A stretch of DNA of 64,000 nt, taken from assembly GCA_001949185.1 (NCBI GenBank), contig BDGG01000007.1, forward strand, positions 871,556-935,555, read 5' to 3'. The stretch is from Ramazzottius varieornatus (taxonomy: Eukaryota > Animalia > Tardigrada). Under the pieces are notes generated by a model, which was given only the letters and a program-made list of their open reading frames with translations, was not told the DNA's origin and ran no database searches. The position numbers and the translations under genes were made by a program. Within the stretch, counting starts at the first letter, position 1. Every line of letters starts with the position of its first letter. This document shows positions 38,978 through 51,940 of the stretch, one piece after another.

Positions 38978-41454
38978 TGTGGTCCTTCGCGGGAATTAGG
39001 CGCTTGGCCAAAGAAGAAGGCGGAAGGAAACTCTAACAGAGTAATACTGACTTCGACGGTCATTATGGCGTGCTTTTGTACGAGGAGCGGGTCCCAACTT
39101 TGTCCGCTAGCTATTACTTTTTACACTACGTCACCCATACGTCACAAGCCTAAATTTCCTACGACTAGCTCGGGACGTACTGTACAGATTTTTAGCCAGT
39201 GAACAAAGTTAGGACCAGCTCCTCGTACTGTACTTGAGGAACTGCAGCAGGTGACTAAGCACGTACTGAAATTTCTTGCAAAACGGAAAATATAATTCCT
39301 TTGTCGGACAAACGAAACAAACGACTGACGGCTTTGTGAATTTTATCAAAGATGCCGAAACGGAACAGGTTTAGTGTGTGAAGGGGAAAACTACCTGACT
39401 CATGCGACGAAGAACCGGCTGCTCAACTTCACAGTAGTTGTCCAGTCTACTGCGCTGGAAACACAAAGACCGAAGCGACTTTTGAACTGTGATTGTCGTA
39501 TCTACTGAATAGGCGGCACCAGCAAACTTTTGGTGTACATGTGCTGTGTTAGACAAGATGTTGACATACATTTTAGTAATCAGGAAAAGTGACCCGAAGA
39601 TATCGGCAGTGGTTTTCGTTCGCTTGTCTGCGCTCAACAACACAATGGAGAACTTGCGCGATTTCAAACAAGATACACCACACCCGATGTGAACAGCAGC
39701 AAATAGCGAACTGCCGTATGACTTTGATACTAGCAAAGTATATTCTACAGCTGCCACGGCTGCTAGCATGAGTCCTCCGTAAGACAAACTGAAAATTATT
39801 GTCTTTAGCGATGATTGTGGTTAATGTTGGTGACTGACAAGCGTCTTCACTTCCCGCAGTTATCCATGCCGACATGGTGTTCTTCCGGGACTGTTTTGGA
39901 CTTCTGGTACGCACAAGCAATGCAACACGATGCATGCACGTACTGTCGCTGATCAGCTCTGATGCACTTTCTAGTTCGCCAACTCTATCCAGTAATTCTT
40001 CATGTCCGGCTGTAATTAGGTGCGGAAGTATGTCTTGTTACTCCTAAAAGTACCCTGAGTTTAAAATTTCATAGCTACACTCCTCCTTGTCCGTTTGTCC
40101 TGCGCTTTCTTTCCAGTCACTCTGTTAACTCCTAGCTATCGTTTGGCGTTCCATTAACCCAAGTTGTTGTGCTTCGGGGTAGGGCAGGTATCGTTTTGAC
40201 GGAATCATGGTAAACCCAAATTTTAGGCGATTCAACTATTTGAATTTTCTCAAGGCGTCAACGCATCCCACACAGGCGCGAAGATATGCTTTGTTCCTCG
40301 TGATGAGGAAGCTATTACTGTAGTTAAACCGTTGGAGGTTGGGTAATTCTTTTCACCACTGTAGATTTCCAAGTCGGAAGTCGCCCTTACGGATGACCGA
40401 AACTGCAGTTGGATAATAACGTGCTCGGGGAGTCTGCCTTTCGAATTTTTGAAAGTTTTCGTCGGAGGAGTAACAAGTCATACTTCCGCACCCGATACAC
40501 AAAACATCACGTTCCATGCAAGCGCTGACGCGCCGAACCACGGAACCGGGTCTTTAACCGATGCAACAGCGGTTAGAGCCGTACTTCTTGCCTCTCCGTT
40601 AACTACTCGTACGCGTACACGTGTACCGCTTAGAGCCAGATCGCCTTCATATGTGACGTCTAGTATGGATAAACAATCAAACGCAATACTTACAGTTGAA
40701 ATTCCCTCCCGGCTGAAGAACCTGCTTTCCGAACATCTTGATATTCCGTGAGTAAGCTTTCTCGTTTCTAACAGGTTGAGAAAATCAGTTTTCGGACGAG
40801 AACCTATTGATATTTTTTATGTTTCTGTTGGGATCTTTTAGCCGAGCCTTTGTTGATCTTTCAAGGTCCCCGCTGTTTTCGAGTCTGACTATGCAAATTT
40901 TTATGGGCATGGCCTTCATTCATCGAACTCTAGTGCGACCACCAAGTCACTGAGAGGATTCTGAAAACCATACGGAGCATCCAAGGAAATTTACAACCAC
41001 GCCCAGCGGGTAATTCTCAACAAGCGGGCTCTGGGTTTTAAATTTGCCCGATCCAAATTTGGTCTATCAGATCAGCAAAAATGCGAGGAAACCAAACAGT
41101 AATCCAATCGCCGAACATGATCGCGAAGCTATGCCGGCTCTGTTTATTCAACGAAAAGGCCAAGGAGACAGATAACAGCAGTGTATAGTCACGACCACGA
41201 GCGCTTAGTGATTCGATGTCGGCGAGAAATCCTACAATGCTGGAGCTGTCCATCAACAAACATCTTTCGTGAATATCACAGATCTCTTGGTCCACAAAAT
41301 ATGACTGTCCTTTCTTGCGAAGCTCCGCCCGATATATCAGGCTGAAAAAGCAAAACCCTCTTCATTGACTGTATCAGACATCGGGACTTAATGGTAGTAA
41401 GTTTCCTGGCAGGTAGATACGGCAAGGGTACTAGGGAATGTAACTGCAGTGCCT

Positions 41455-43660
41455 TCAAGAACACACGTACCAGCAAGTACAGCAGCCCGCCGAAATAAGC
41501 AGAGCTAATGCAGGTAGCAGTACTGCCGCTATTACGCTTCCTTTGCTATAGTAAGTTCCTTGCTCCAGACAGTCCTGCTTTTTTCCATCAAAGCCGCATC
41601 TGGGCTCGCTCGGTGGAGGAAGTCCTCCGCGCCACTGCAACTATTTTCCGTAGGAGGTGGTTGCAGTTTGTGTCGCTCCGTTATACAATACAATGATCTG
41701 AAATGGAAATCGTTCGGTTTAACCTGGGTAACGGGCTTTTCGGCTGGTGACCTATAGGGGCTTGTAACACTGTGCTTGGTGGGGGCTACGCCATAAATTA
41801 TGGAGATGAGCCAATTTTTAACGGTTAAATTTGCCGTACACGGTACCGTAGCTATCAGGTCTATGGTTCCGTACGCCGATGCCATGTGAACAGCCAGTTC
41901 AGTCTTTTCCGCGATGGCCGGTACGGGAGACGATCTCATCCTCGCTAGCATAGTAGCGGTATCATTGGCTGGTATTCTGCGTACTAGAGTGTCCGTATCG
42001 GCAATAATGTACAGCAGAGAGCGAAAAGCTTCCCGGGCAACCTGGGCCGAAAATAATTCCGGGTCAAATATTTGGCGACCCACAACTGTACGACACTGTG
42101 GCCACAACACCTTTGTAGAGCTGGGCTAAAAATTCCGTCTGACTTTCCAGGCACATTTTATCGCCAATCTTTATCTTTATGTGATAACCCAAACTCTCTT
42201 CTCTTCGAGAGAATCCAGAATATACGAGGTGCGACTGCCGTACCCAAAACTACGACAGAAAAACTTCACGCTTGAAACGCGAAAGTGGCGCACGAAGTCA
42301 ATTTTCCCGGTATTTTCGAAAACTGATTTTTTTCTCATGAGCTCATGTTGATTTTTCCGATAAAATAGCTCATGTAGAATGATAGAACATCCAAACTGGC
42401 ACCAAATGAGCGAAGTTTCTTTCGGGATCGGTCATTGTGAGACCGCTGGAATTCAAATTCGTCAAAAATCTTGTAAACTGCTCGGATCACTGCCGCACCT
42501 GATCCATGCGTTCCCTGTCCACAAATAGAAGTCATACAACCAAACTTTTCTTTAAATTCTGTAGATAGCAAAGAGAACTATCACTGGTAGATAGAGAGTT
42601 AGTGAGTAAAACGTGCTACTGATTTTTCAGACGACTCAGAAAAACTCAGTGTACAAAGCTGGTAAGGCCACACTGTAGCTTGAACCAGCTACCTGGTCAA
42701 CTGTGTCGTTCTTATGCCATGACAGGTTGGATAACCATTGTGCGATAGAAAGGGTTGCATGAAGATGTACACCTACTTTGAATGACATGGGAGGTAAGAT
42801 AATTGATGAACTGAATCTTCCTCAACACGCTTTTTGTTTGTAACAAAGTAGTCACAAATCAGCGACTTACGTATTCACTAGTTGTCATGTTTTGGCGGTA
42901 TGCGTGAACCTGAATTTCAAATTAGAAGTTAGCGCCAGTGATTATAGTATCACGTGAAGAGCATAGTCAGGCTCCTACCATTAGCTGTCGTACTGTGTCA
43001 TGTTCGGCAAGCAGGAAGACGACTTTAAAGAGATTCTAGTTACTTTAATGCTTCTTCAACTTCGCGAACACGTCATAATACGCGCGGAACATCGCCCCCG
43101 GGGGTTGGCAGGATATAGATACCGAGGTTGAACTCTACGCGTACGATCACGTGATTCGCGAAGTTCAAGAAGCATTACAGTGGTTACCCAGCTTTCGCTA
43201 GAAAAAAAACTATGCTGTGACCCATACCTCGTGAGCTTTTGGCAATCATACCAATCAAGAATGGATAGTCGATCCCGGTCGCTAACTGACTATTGTAAGA
43301 CCCCAACGATAGCCGATAATTCCCCGGGCTTTCGAGTGCCAGCCTGAGTCCAACGCAGTTAGTGCGATAGAAGTAATTAGCATCTGTCAAGCTGTTGTCG
43401 TACAAGAGAAAGACTGTCTTCCATCGGTAGGTGATCAGAAGGTGTCTGATGAAGGCTGGTAAAACACTGTTTTCCGACGCGCTCGTCGAAAGTAGAGTGG
43501 GATATTTTTGCCTGTTATGCAGATCCAAGGGAGTACCGGCCCTGCAAAAACACGTCTTCGAGTAAAGCGTGAGGAGTTTCGACCGCTAATGAATGCCTAC
43601 AGATACTCAGACATACAAATCCTCCTACCCACAATGTACAGAATGGAGCATCCCATCCTA
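41455..43660 (-). pseudogene. ANF-receptor-type (receptor guanylyl cyclase-like) ectodomain + TM gene with a frameshift
   Basis: Exons WDAPFCT|LAG..YPTLLSTS..YRWKTVFLLYD..SSR|..VFLL..VRQLM|..AYRQNMTTSEY|VYIF..(shift)..SWHKNDTVDQ|VAREAFRSLL, then WRGGLPPPSEPRCGFDG and a TM. Exon 42772-42693 is 80 nt between two phase-0 junctions. No kinase or cyclase domain was seen. Confidence 0.65.
43041..43181. mobile_element. MITE-like element, family B (intron of the ANF-like gene)
   Basis: TACTTTAATGCTTCTTCAACTTCGCGAACACGT ... ACGTGATTCGCGAAGTTCAAGAAGCATTACAGT; termini shared with 3160-3285. Confidence 0.75.
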
Positions 43661-46600
43661 CACATCAAAGGTTAGTGACTGACACAATGAACGCTCCACA
43701 TGTCAAAGCTACCCAAAGTCCCAAACACGGAAAAACTTTTTGCAGTCGGTAACACAGTTCTTTCGGTCTACTAAACCTTTTTTCCGCGAAAATATATCGT
43801 ACGAAAATACATCATACGTTTGCTGGTCTGACACCAACCTGAAAATAGTGGTAGTACCTCCATTATATTTTGAACAAACAGTACAAAACAAAGTACAATA
43901 TACAGTCACCGTCACGGGTTATCGCCAACCCATGGTATTCGTTCGCAATTTCGCGTCTCATGAACCCATTGTCCGATTCCAACAATTTAAACGTTGTTAT
44001 GTACAGAGCAACTCCAGCTTTTCGGCCACGTGACAGACAAGCCGTTTTTCACTCAATCAACCGGTAAGAATTGGTCGTTCGAACAAGGAAACAAGGGTTT
44101 ATTTAGCACCTGTTCACACATTACGTGGGATGTTTATCAGAGAGCCTAAACGGCCAAAATGTAGCAAAAACATCGTCCTATGCACCACACTAAATGGTAA
44201 GTGGGCCACATAGTAGATGCGGTTGACCGAAAGTGCAATGCTCACTGGTGTTCCGATCATTGCAGTTGATAACGGAAAATATCCGGAAACGACCTGTCTT
44301 GGAAATCCAATATGACTATTAAGATTAGGAATCCAAGGCTGGGCAATTCCAATATAAATTAAAATTGTATCGGAATTCGGAAAAAAGAAGCTGTAATTGA
44401 TAATTGAAATGCTTAACGTAACAGTTCAAATTATTGAATTTGCGCCAACAGCGGGGTGAAACAGCGGGTGAAACGCAGGCAGGTGCGTCAGGTTTGGGGA
44501 TTTTCGCGTGCATTCATAAACCTTGCTTGTTCAAATTTGTATTCATAACTTTTCATTCATAAGTTGTGAGCAGAAGGATGCGAAGTACTGCAAATCCTTG
44601 ATCGTTCTTTCCCAAGGATCAAAAGAGTTTGTAAAAATTTTAGCCACTCGTTCAAGGCTGTGAATGGCTGTCACGCTTGTCGCGCTTGAAATCGAATGTA
44701 CCCGGTTAAGATTTGAAACTTGACGTCAAAAACTGTTCAGTTTGTCCTTAAAAGCCATTTCACAAGTCGGTCGCGACAGGCGCTATTTGCCAAAACGCTA
44801 AAAATGACAGGTGAACTAACGCTGTAAGTCGAGGCGCGTAATGGCTGCCAGCTGAAATCGAACAGAATGCGAACCGTTGTCACGACAACGGTTCGCTGTT
44901 TCAATGGCTACTTCATAAGCAGGATGATAATGCCGGATAGTTTGACTGGTACATAACTATCAAGACGATGTTGACGGGTAAGCTGGATATACCAGCAGGA
45001 CTTTGGTCGACTACAAGCAGGGCCATGCTAATCCGAAAGAAAGCGCACTTTGAGTAAAAAATGATCGCAGGAGTGTACGCTAGGTTTTTAAAAATGATCG
45101 TAATTTATTATCAGCCCCAATACCCGATCCAATAAAGCTCCTCGCCGTAAAGCGGGATTCCAGGTGAGAAACGTGATGAATAGTGAACGAAATCACCCAG
45201 ATGAGAACGTGTTCTGCCATCAGCCCCTATGCTCCTTTCGTGGAAAGATGTCGACGTCAAACGCTCAACAGCCGTAAGATCTCCACGTATCGCAAGAGAG
45301 GATGATCATTGTAATGGCACTCAATTACGAATTCAATGTGACAAGCATAACTTCACCTCTAATTCGCTCCTGGTAAGTGGGACCTGCATATAATCTGCCC
45401 TCTGGCTCCGGTGAACAAATACGCTAATGCAACTCGTGTTGTTATGCTTTTGCCGAACTAAATTGAAAGAGCTGCATAAGGGGTGCAACGCTACATACAT
45501 CCTTCTTCTACTCATCAACATTAGTATCCATTTCGCCCACGCCACGAAACTGGGACAACCCGTTCAGTGGAGCTCGGGACCAAATCATATCGAGACCAGA
45601 TTTCAGAACACGCGAAAGCTTTTCGGCTGCTGCTACGTATCTCTCTAATGTCCAAAACCAAATCGATTAGATATCGCTACAGGTTTACAGCCAACTTTGC
45701 TGGAGAGCAATTCTGAGCCAGGAGTTCTTCTGGAGCCTGAGATTCCTTTCGCCGAAGAAAAGAAGCGTTCTAGCAAAGTAGTGACAGAAGTGTATTCCGT
45801 ACTGTCGTTTGGGCCGGACAGGTACCCAGAATCCCAGATCCAGTGATGAGGTGCTAAAAGGGGCATCCACTTGCACACGGCCTGCCAAAACCGCAAGCCG
45901 TCGAAAACGGCGTTTGATTAGTCATTATCAAACAGTTGGTAGTGTGTACGTGGTGTAGACTTCCATACACAGACACCCGGTCCAAACTATGTCACTCACG
46001 CTTTTTGCAGCCCATTAGTTGCTTGTGTTTGGCGAGACGGTTTTCTTTTGTTGCTCGGATTCCTTGATTGAATGAAGAGCTCATCTTGAATTTTGTTAGT
46101 AGCTTACATCACATTACGTACTGTATATCATCAACGTGTGACGTACACCATATCGGTCCTACCTATTTGTTAGCGGAACGTAATCAATCAATCGCTCGAT
46201 CAGTGTGTCTGAAGTTCCGGCAAGGCCCCCTTTAGCAGCTCATGTATGCCCAGATCACACATTTATCTCAACCGGCGCATACGGGGCAGAGCGCAGGCTG
46301 TGCGCCGGTATCTACGGTTGGTGATGCACGCAAAAGTAGTTTGGACTTGTAAAATTTTGGACGAACTGCCATCAACCTCTCCTCGCTCCTCTCACTCCTT
46401 TTCGTCACTCTACTACAGTATTACCTGGATGGAATCGATCATCAAGCATCAATGGAAAGTTTGCTTTCCATTGATGCTTAATCGTCTTGGGGGGATGTGG
46501 AGGTCCTCAGCCGATTTCGCCTTCTATGGCATACAGCAGTTTCAATTACTGCCATCAATAATGGATTTTTCTCGCGAAAAAATGTTCCGTTCTAGAAGAT

Positions 46601-46666
46601 ATAGTTAACTTAAACATGATGTCCAGATGTCTAACAAACGGATGTTTGTTTCTAGTGAATTCTTTC

Positions 46667-48152
46667 TCAGCGGAAAAGAGAAGCGTCTAGACCATAATTG
46701 CGAGCTTCTTGCTGAATCCAATCATCAATCTTCTGTCCGTATTCCTCAGAAAGATGCTTTCGCCAGCCTCTGACTTCCCCTAATTAGACAGCAAGTAAGA
46801 AGTATCAGGTAGTTAAAAAAGCGGATAAAATGCGTGGATCTCAATTCCATTCGATCGTACCTTTTCGCATGAACTCAAATTTGGTTTCACCCGTCGTTTT
46901 GTCTGTTACGGTCATGGCGCTCGAGTTGAGGTTTTCGTTCTGGCGCATGTTGTCGAAATCTGTGTGATGTGCAATCTGTTCTGCTTGCTGGCTCGTCAAA
47001 GGCTTGTCCAGGAAATCTGCAAGTCGCTTAATTTCGCTTCGGGGGTCCTGTCAGGAAAAACCGTCAATGTCAACAGTACCTTGCGTTTCGCACGCTGATG
47101 TATCGAACAACCTGGTTCCGGTGCTACAGTGTACCAAAACATTAACCGTCGATAATGGGCGTGACAATTAAACGGGAGCTTAATTATCGTGTGACCAATA
47201 ACGGTTTTGATTCGACGCATGCGCAAATTACGTTGGTCATTTCCATCTGGCTCCTTCTAACACCCGTTCTCGACGGTTAATTTTTTGGTACACTGTAGCA
47301 TACCTCGCGTAGACTTTCATACGACAGATGGTGTACATTCGGGTCATTTCGATGTTCCCAGACACTCTTGAACGTATGGAAATATGGTGCATGGTGGACT
47401 TTGTCCTGCATGAACAGCTCCGCGAACTCCGCCGCAGAGTTTGCTGGATGAGCTGACGCTAGGTTGGGGAAAGTGCAGTACATGTGGTACATGGAGACGA
47501 TAACGTCCTTCAGGTTCCGGTGAACAAAAACAATCTACGGACGAAACAACAGTAAAGACTCGTACGCATATTTCTGCGAAAATCACATCTCCAGATCAGA
47601 GAGTACTCTAGGGCTGTTTGTGGTGACGCTTTGCGGCAATAGTTCCCAAGAAAGATGGGTTCGCAACAATCGCGGGGGAGCTGCGTCCCGCGCTGCTTCA
47701 ACTGGGCGTTTGCCTTTGCAAGCAGGTGCATTCATTTCGATGTAAAGCCACTCATCGAGTTTACTCTGGCTGACATCAATCGGCTCGGTGTCCTTGGCAT
47801 GCATAATCATGGAAATGATCGCCTGTGTCCAAGTTGTCCCTGAATGACGACAGAAGATATGTTCCCCATGGCGCAATGATCGATTACCTGACTTTGGACA
47901 CTTACCTGACTTTGGATATGAGCAGACAACAATATCATTTTTGGCGAATTCCAGTGCTGCCACCTTTTGCATCACTGGAATGTTGAAATCCTCTAAAAGC
48001 ATTACATTGGCCGGCCCGTACGGCACACTGGAAAAGAAAACGAAACGGGAAGTGTTGGGAGAGGGATCATTCCTCCCAATGAATATTCGTGCTCACAGCT
48101 TGTCCGTCTTCCCCGTCAGTTGCTCGAACAGCGACTTGTTTCCTGGCGGCAT
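46667..48152 (-). CDS. Cytosolic sulfotransferase (SULT1-like), multi-exon
   Basis: 5'-PSB motif SYPKSG|TTW; RLLRTHL; 3'-PB motif RNLKDVIVS; YESL; DFDNM; FMRKG|EVRGW. Confidence 0.9.
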
Positions 48153-50396
48153 TTCACACTGTTTTGTAGCGGAACGCAATGGAACACACGGACAACAGAC
48201 CAGTGAGCGCTCATCCAAACTATAGGCTGGAAAAAAGAAGATATCTACTGAAGAAAAACGGCTGGCTTTAAACCATCTTTCTAATCAGCGGAAGAAGCCA
48301 CGAGTAGACAGCATGTCTTTTATTGCCTCGAGCAACAGATGCGTATTACGCCTAGGGTCCTTAGGCGTAATACGCAGTACGACTACCTATGGTAATAATT
48401 CCGATAACGACGACGTTTGGACACATACAATCGATCCGTACATGGTAACGTTACTCGTCCATGGCCGTCTAAACTCTGAAGGTATGCGTACCGCTGCTGT
48501 AGAGTGCTAAGAAGGTTCGCCATCGTGGTTTAACCTACCGTGTACACAACAGTGTTGTATTCAGTCTCGGACATAAATTCCGGCTTTTGAATCAATCAAG
48601 CAGAGCTAGTCCACTGAGACTGAGCAGATACGTAAAGACTAGCTTTCCTAGCACAGTTCTTACATCAGTTTTCAACATCGTTTATCAGGTGACTTGTGTT
48701 GCTTGAATAATCGTTAGGTACGTAAACTATGCCCACACTGAATACAACCCTGGTACACAAGCAGAAGTACGAACCCCGTTTCATGAAGATCGACCGAACG
48801 TGCCACCAACATTTTAGCAGAAAGCTTTGGACGAGTTGCAGTCACTGGTACAAGGATAAACTAACAGGAAGGGCATATGTTATGCCAGCGATATATAAGC
48901 ATCATACCTGTCTTACCAGGGAAAAGTTAGTTCTATGGTTGCGGATGATTTGAACGTCAAAATACTGCGCGCTTGTCCATTTATGACAGCATTACGTACT
49001 ACGTACAGAGCAAAATAAGTTCGCGATTCGTCCAAGCACAAACTATGGAATCCGGATTATAGTTTGTCATTCTAGGCTCTTTAACACGGGATTTGAACAT
49101 TTCGTTAATTGTGGATCTCCTGGATTCTCTGATCCCTCGCGTTGACTGCATCTAGTACTGTGCGACAGCCCAGAAATTTGGTAAGAAAGAACAAGCAAAT
49201 TTTGACGGCTGATCTTACACAGCCGGTTTGAGGCGGCTAACTTTACAATCTTTACACCGCCAGACTTCGAAACCTATAGGGACTGCTGTGACGCCTGTTT
49301 AGTCTGACCAAAACCAAAGATGAAGATCAGATTAACGGCTTGAAAACCCGAGTTGCATTTAGACGAGAAGGAGCTCAGGGAACCGTGGACAGGCGGTGGA
49401 CTAAAAAAACGCAGAAATAATCGACCATAGCAGAATTCAAGCAAAATTAGGTCTGTGTGGGCCAGTTTACGGGTTTTAGGTACTGTACAGTATACTTGAT
49501 CCAAAAGGTTGACTGGAGGTCTGCGGCTTCCCCGATGATTTGTGAGTTGTCTGAGTCCAGGGTTTCCTAAGTTCTTGCTGACTAGACGTGACTCGGGTTT
49601 CAGAACACTCAGTGTGATCTTCATTTCTCGGTTTAGGTCAGACTAGACAGCGTCACAACGGCGGTATCGGTCCTGGAACCATAATCGAAATATCCCTACA
49701 AGTTTTTCTGCCCAAACTAATGTTCCCGAAAGGGCAAGAAGTGGTCTTTGCGACAATGAGTCCTTTTGTTGGCTAACCTCTAACATAAGCAGATACAGTA
49801 CTGCGTACTGCATCGTTTCACGATCCCTTGCACTCTTGCCGTACCGTATCCCCGAACACAACCTAAGCAATCGGAGCGCAATTTGTACAGATTCCTCACT
49901 GTCGCGAACCTCACTGAGCTTATGCTCAGCGAAGTCTGCTTTGTGGGACCATTGTCAAGAACTGAACAGTATTCAGCCGTTGGACAAAAAGGTGCCGCGC
50001 GATCAATTTTCTAGGTCATGTATGCTGTATCATCTACGAAGAAACAATCAGTCATCTTCGTTTTTTTGTTGTAAAAGTAGAGGTGTAACTTTAGCCTGAT
50101 TTTTGTTCGAGTATATCAAAGCAGAATTGACCAGGGTGTAACGTTAGCGGATCATAATTAAATTCCACACCCTGTGGGGTGACTATAGTCAAATAGAGTG
50201 TAAGGGCGTGACTATAGCCATTTCCTTTTTGTATTCACGTTCAGAGAAATATGCCAAGTGACAATGCAGCTGTGAGCTGTCTGGAATGCAGACAATGCAG
50301 TGTCGGTCTCAAATTGCGTTTGCTCTTATGTCTATAGTAGTAATACAGTATCTTTGTGCGCAAAACAGTTAGTCGCGGGGGAAAAAACCTCGATCT

Positions 50397-51574
50397 TTAT
50401 TCCATCGCAATCCATTCGGGGAGCCAGAACGATGACAGATCCATCCACTTAGCAAAGTCCGAACCGGGTTCCGGCCACCTCTTGTAATAAATAACATTTG
50501 GAGCCGACGAGAGGTAACCAGCGAAAAACGAGAACGTCCCCACACTGAGGATCAGATGGTCCATTTTGGTCAAGACCGCCATGTCCACGTACGACGTTTG
50601 GTTTTCGACGAAATGCAAATCGACCCCGAGAAGATTCTGTCTGGACCACTCCACGTCGTTTGTGCAAACTATATAGATCGGGTCCACGACTCCTTTACTC
50701 TTCAGGTATTCCATGGCATGACTGACGTACTCCCGACTAGCCACCGTGAAGCCCCACTTTTGCCAACCGTTGCTCATGACATCTCCACGTCTTATGTGGA
50801 TCCCCACGGTTGGTCGTTTCTACCAATAGCAAAAACATCAGATCAATATGGTGCTACCGATTTCTGTTGTGAAACGAGCTGAACGAGCTCAGTGCTCCAA
50901 GTGACGCACATTCTCATCGTTGTGTGCTGAGGGGAAGCCACTTGGGGAGCGATCAGGTTCAGTTGATTTACCCACGTCCTATGTACTGCACCGTCGTACC
51001 TTTGAGCTGTCGCCGCTTCTCGAACGGAATTCTTGGATGATTTGATCAGCGTGAGAGTCGATATCTTCCTTGAAAGCGAACTGACGGCGAATGTCGCCTT
51101 CGTACTGCGGATGAAAATACCTCCACGACTGAAGGTAGCCCCACAAGGAGACATTCTTTCCTTTTGCGGTCTCCGAGATGCGCTCTGTCCTATTATCATA
51201 CAGACAACCTTCGTCTATTCCGAGGACTAGGTTGTTGCAGTCACTGAGATCAAAGAAATCTTCTGGAGGGAGATCAAGATGAAAGACGTCATGCAGTTTG
51301 GTGTGCTTGATGGTCGGTCTCAGTCCATTCTTTTTTGCGATCCCCCATAACGACGCGTACATGAACATCAAATTCCCGATGCCGACTTTCGGATGGAAAT
51401 TATGAGAAATATACGCAGGTGTTGCTGGCGAAAGGGTAGTTGTGGGCGGAGAACAGACGCAGTTGGATCGGAAGATGTTCCATTCTTCGAGAGCGGCTGT
51501 TTTGGAGGTAGCATCAGTTGTTGAGGATAGCGCATCAGAAAGACGAGGAAGACTGCTCCCGCGATCACGACCAT
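50397..51574 (-). CDS. Alpha-1,2-fucosyltransferase (GT11) with an apparent N-terminal frameshift
   Basis: GIGNLMFMYASL, GYLQSWRYF, VGIHIRRGD, DHLILSVGTFSFFAGYLS; one phase-0 intron at 50999-50820. The signal-anchor MVVIAGAVFLVFL is in a different frame from the catalytic domain. Confidence 0.82.
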
Positions 51575-51940
51575 CCATTTTCCTGTGAGCTTTTACACCG
51601 TTCAAATTGAGAGATCAAAACATATGCTGGAAAATGTGCGTTCCAGCAGATAACCAGTGGAACGGATGCAGGTTTTTTCCCGTAACTAATCTTGTCGACT
51701 GTGAATCTATGATCAGCTGGTGGGAGCAGGCAAGAAATCAACGCCATTGATTGTACATCAGCTGATCGATCTTCGACTACCGGTAGGTCAGGCATAACGC
51801 AGCCACACCCCCATGCTTCCGAAGCTTAAAGGTCCATTTCCTCTGGGTTTGACATCGTCTGGTAATTTGCATCGCCACCGCTCGGTCAAGAGGGTTATTC
51901 TTCAGGAACTAGGACGACAACTTCACGAGCAAGAACAGGG

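Noticed and set aside
39371-40751. ORFs of 100-138 aa between the cystatin-like and ANF-like genes
   Set aside because: No recognisable motif or consistent splice structure.
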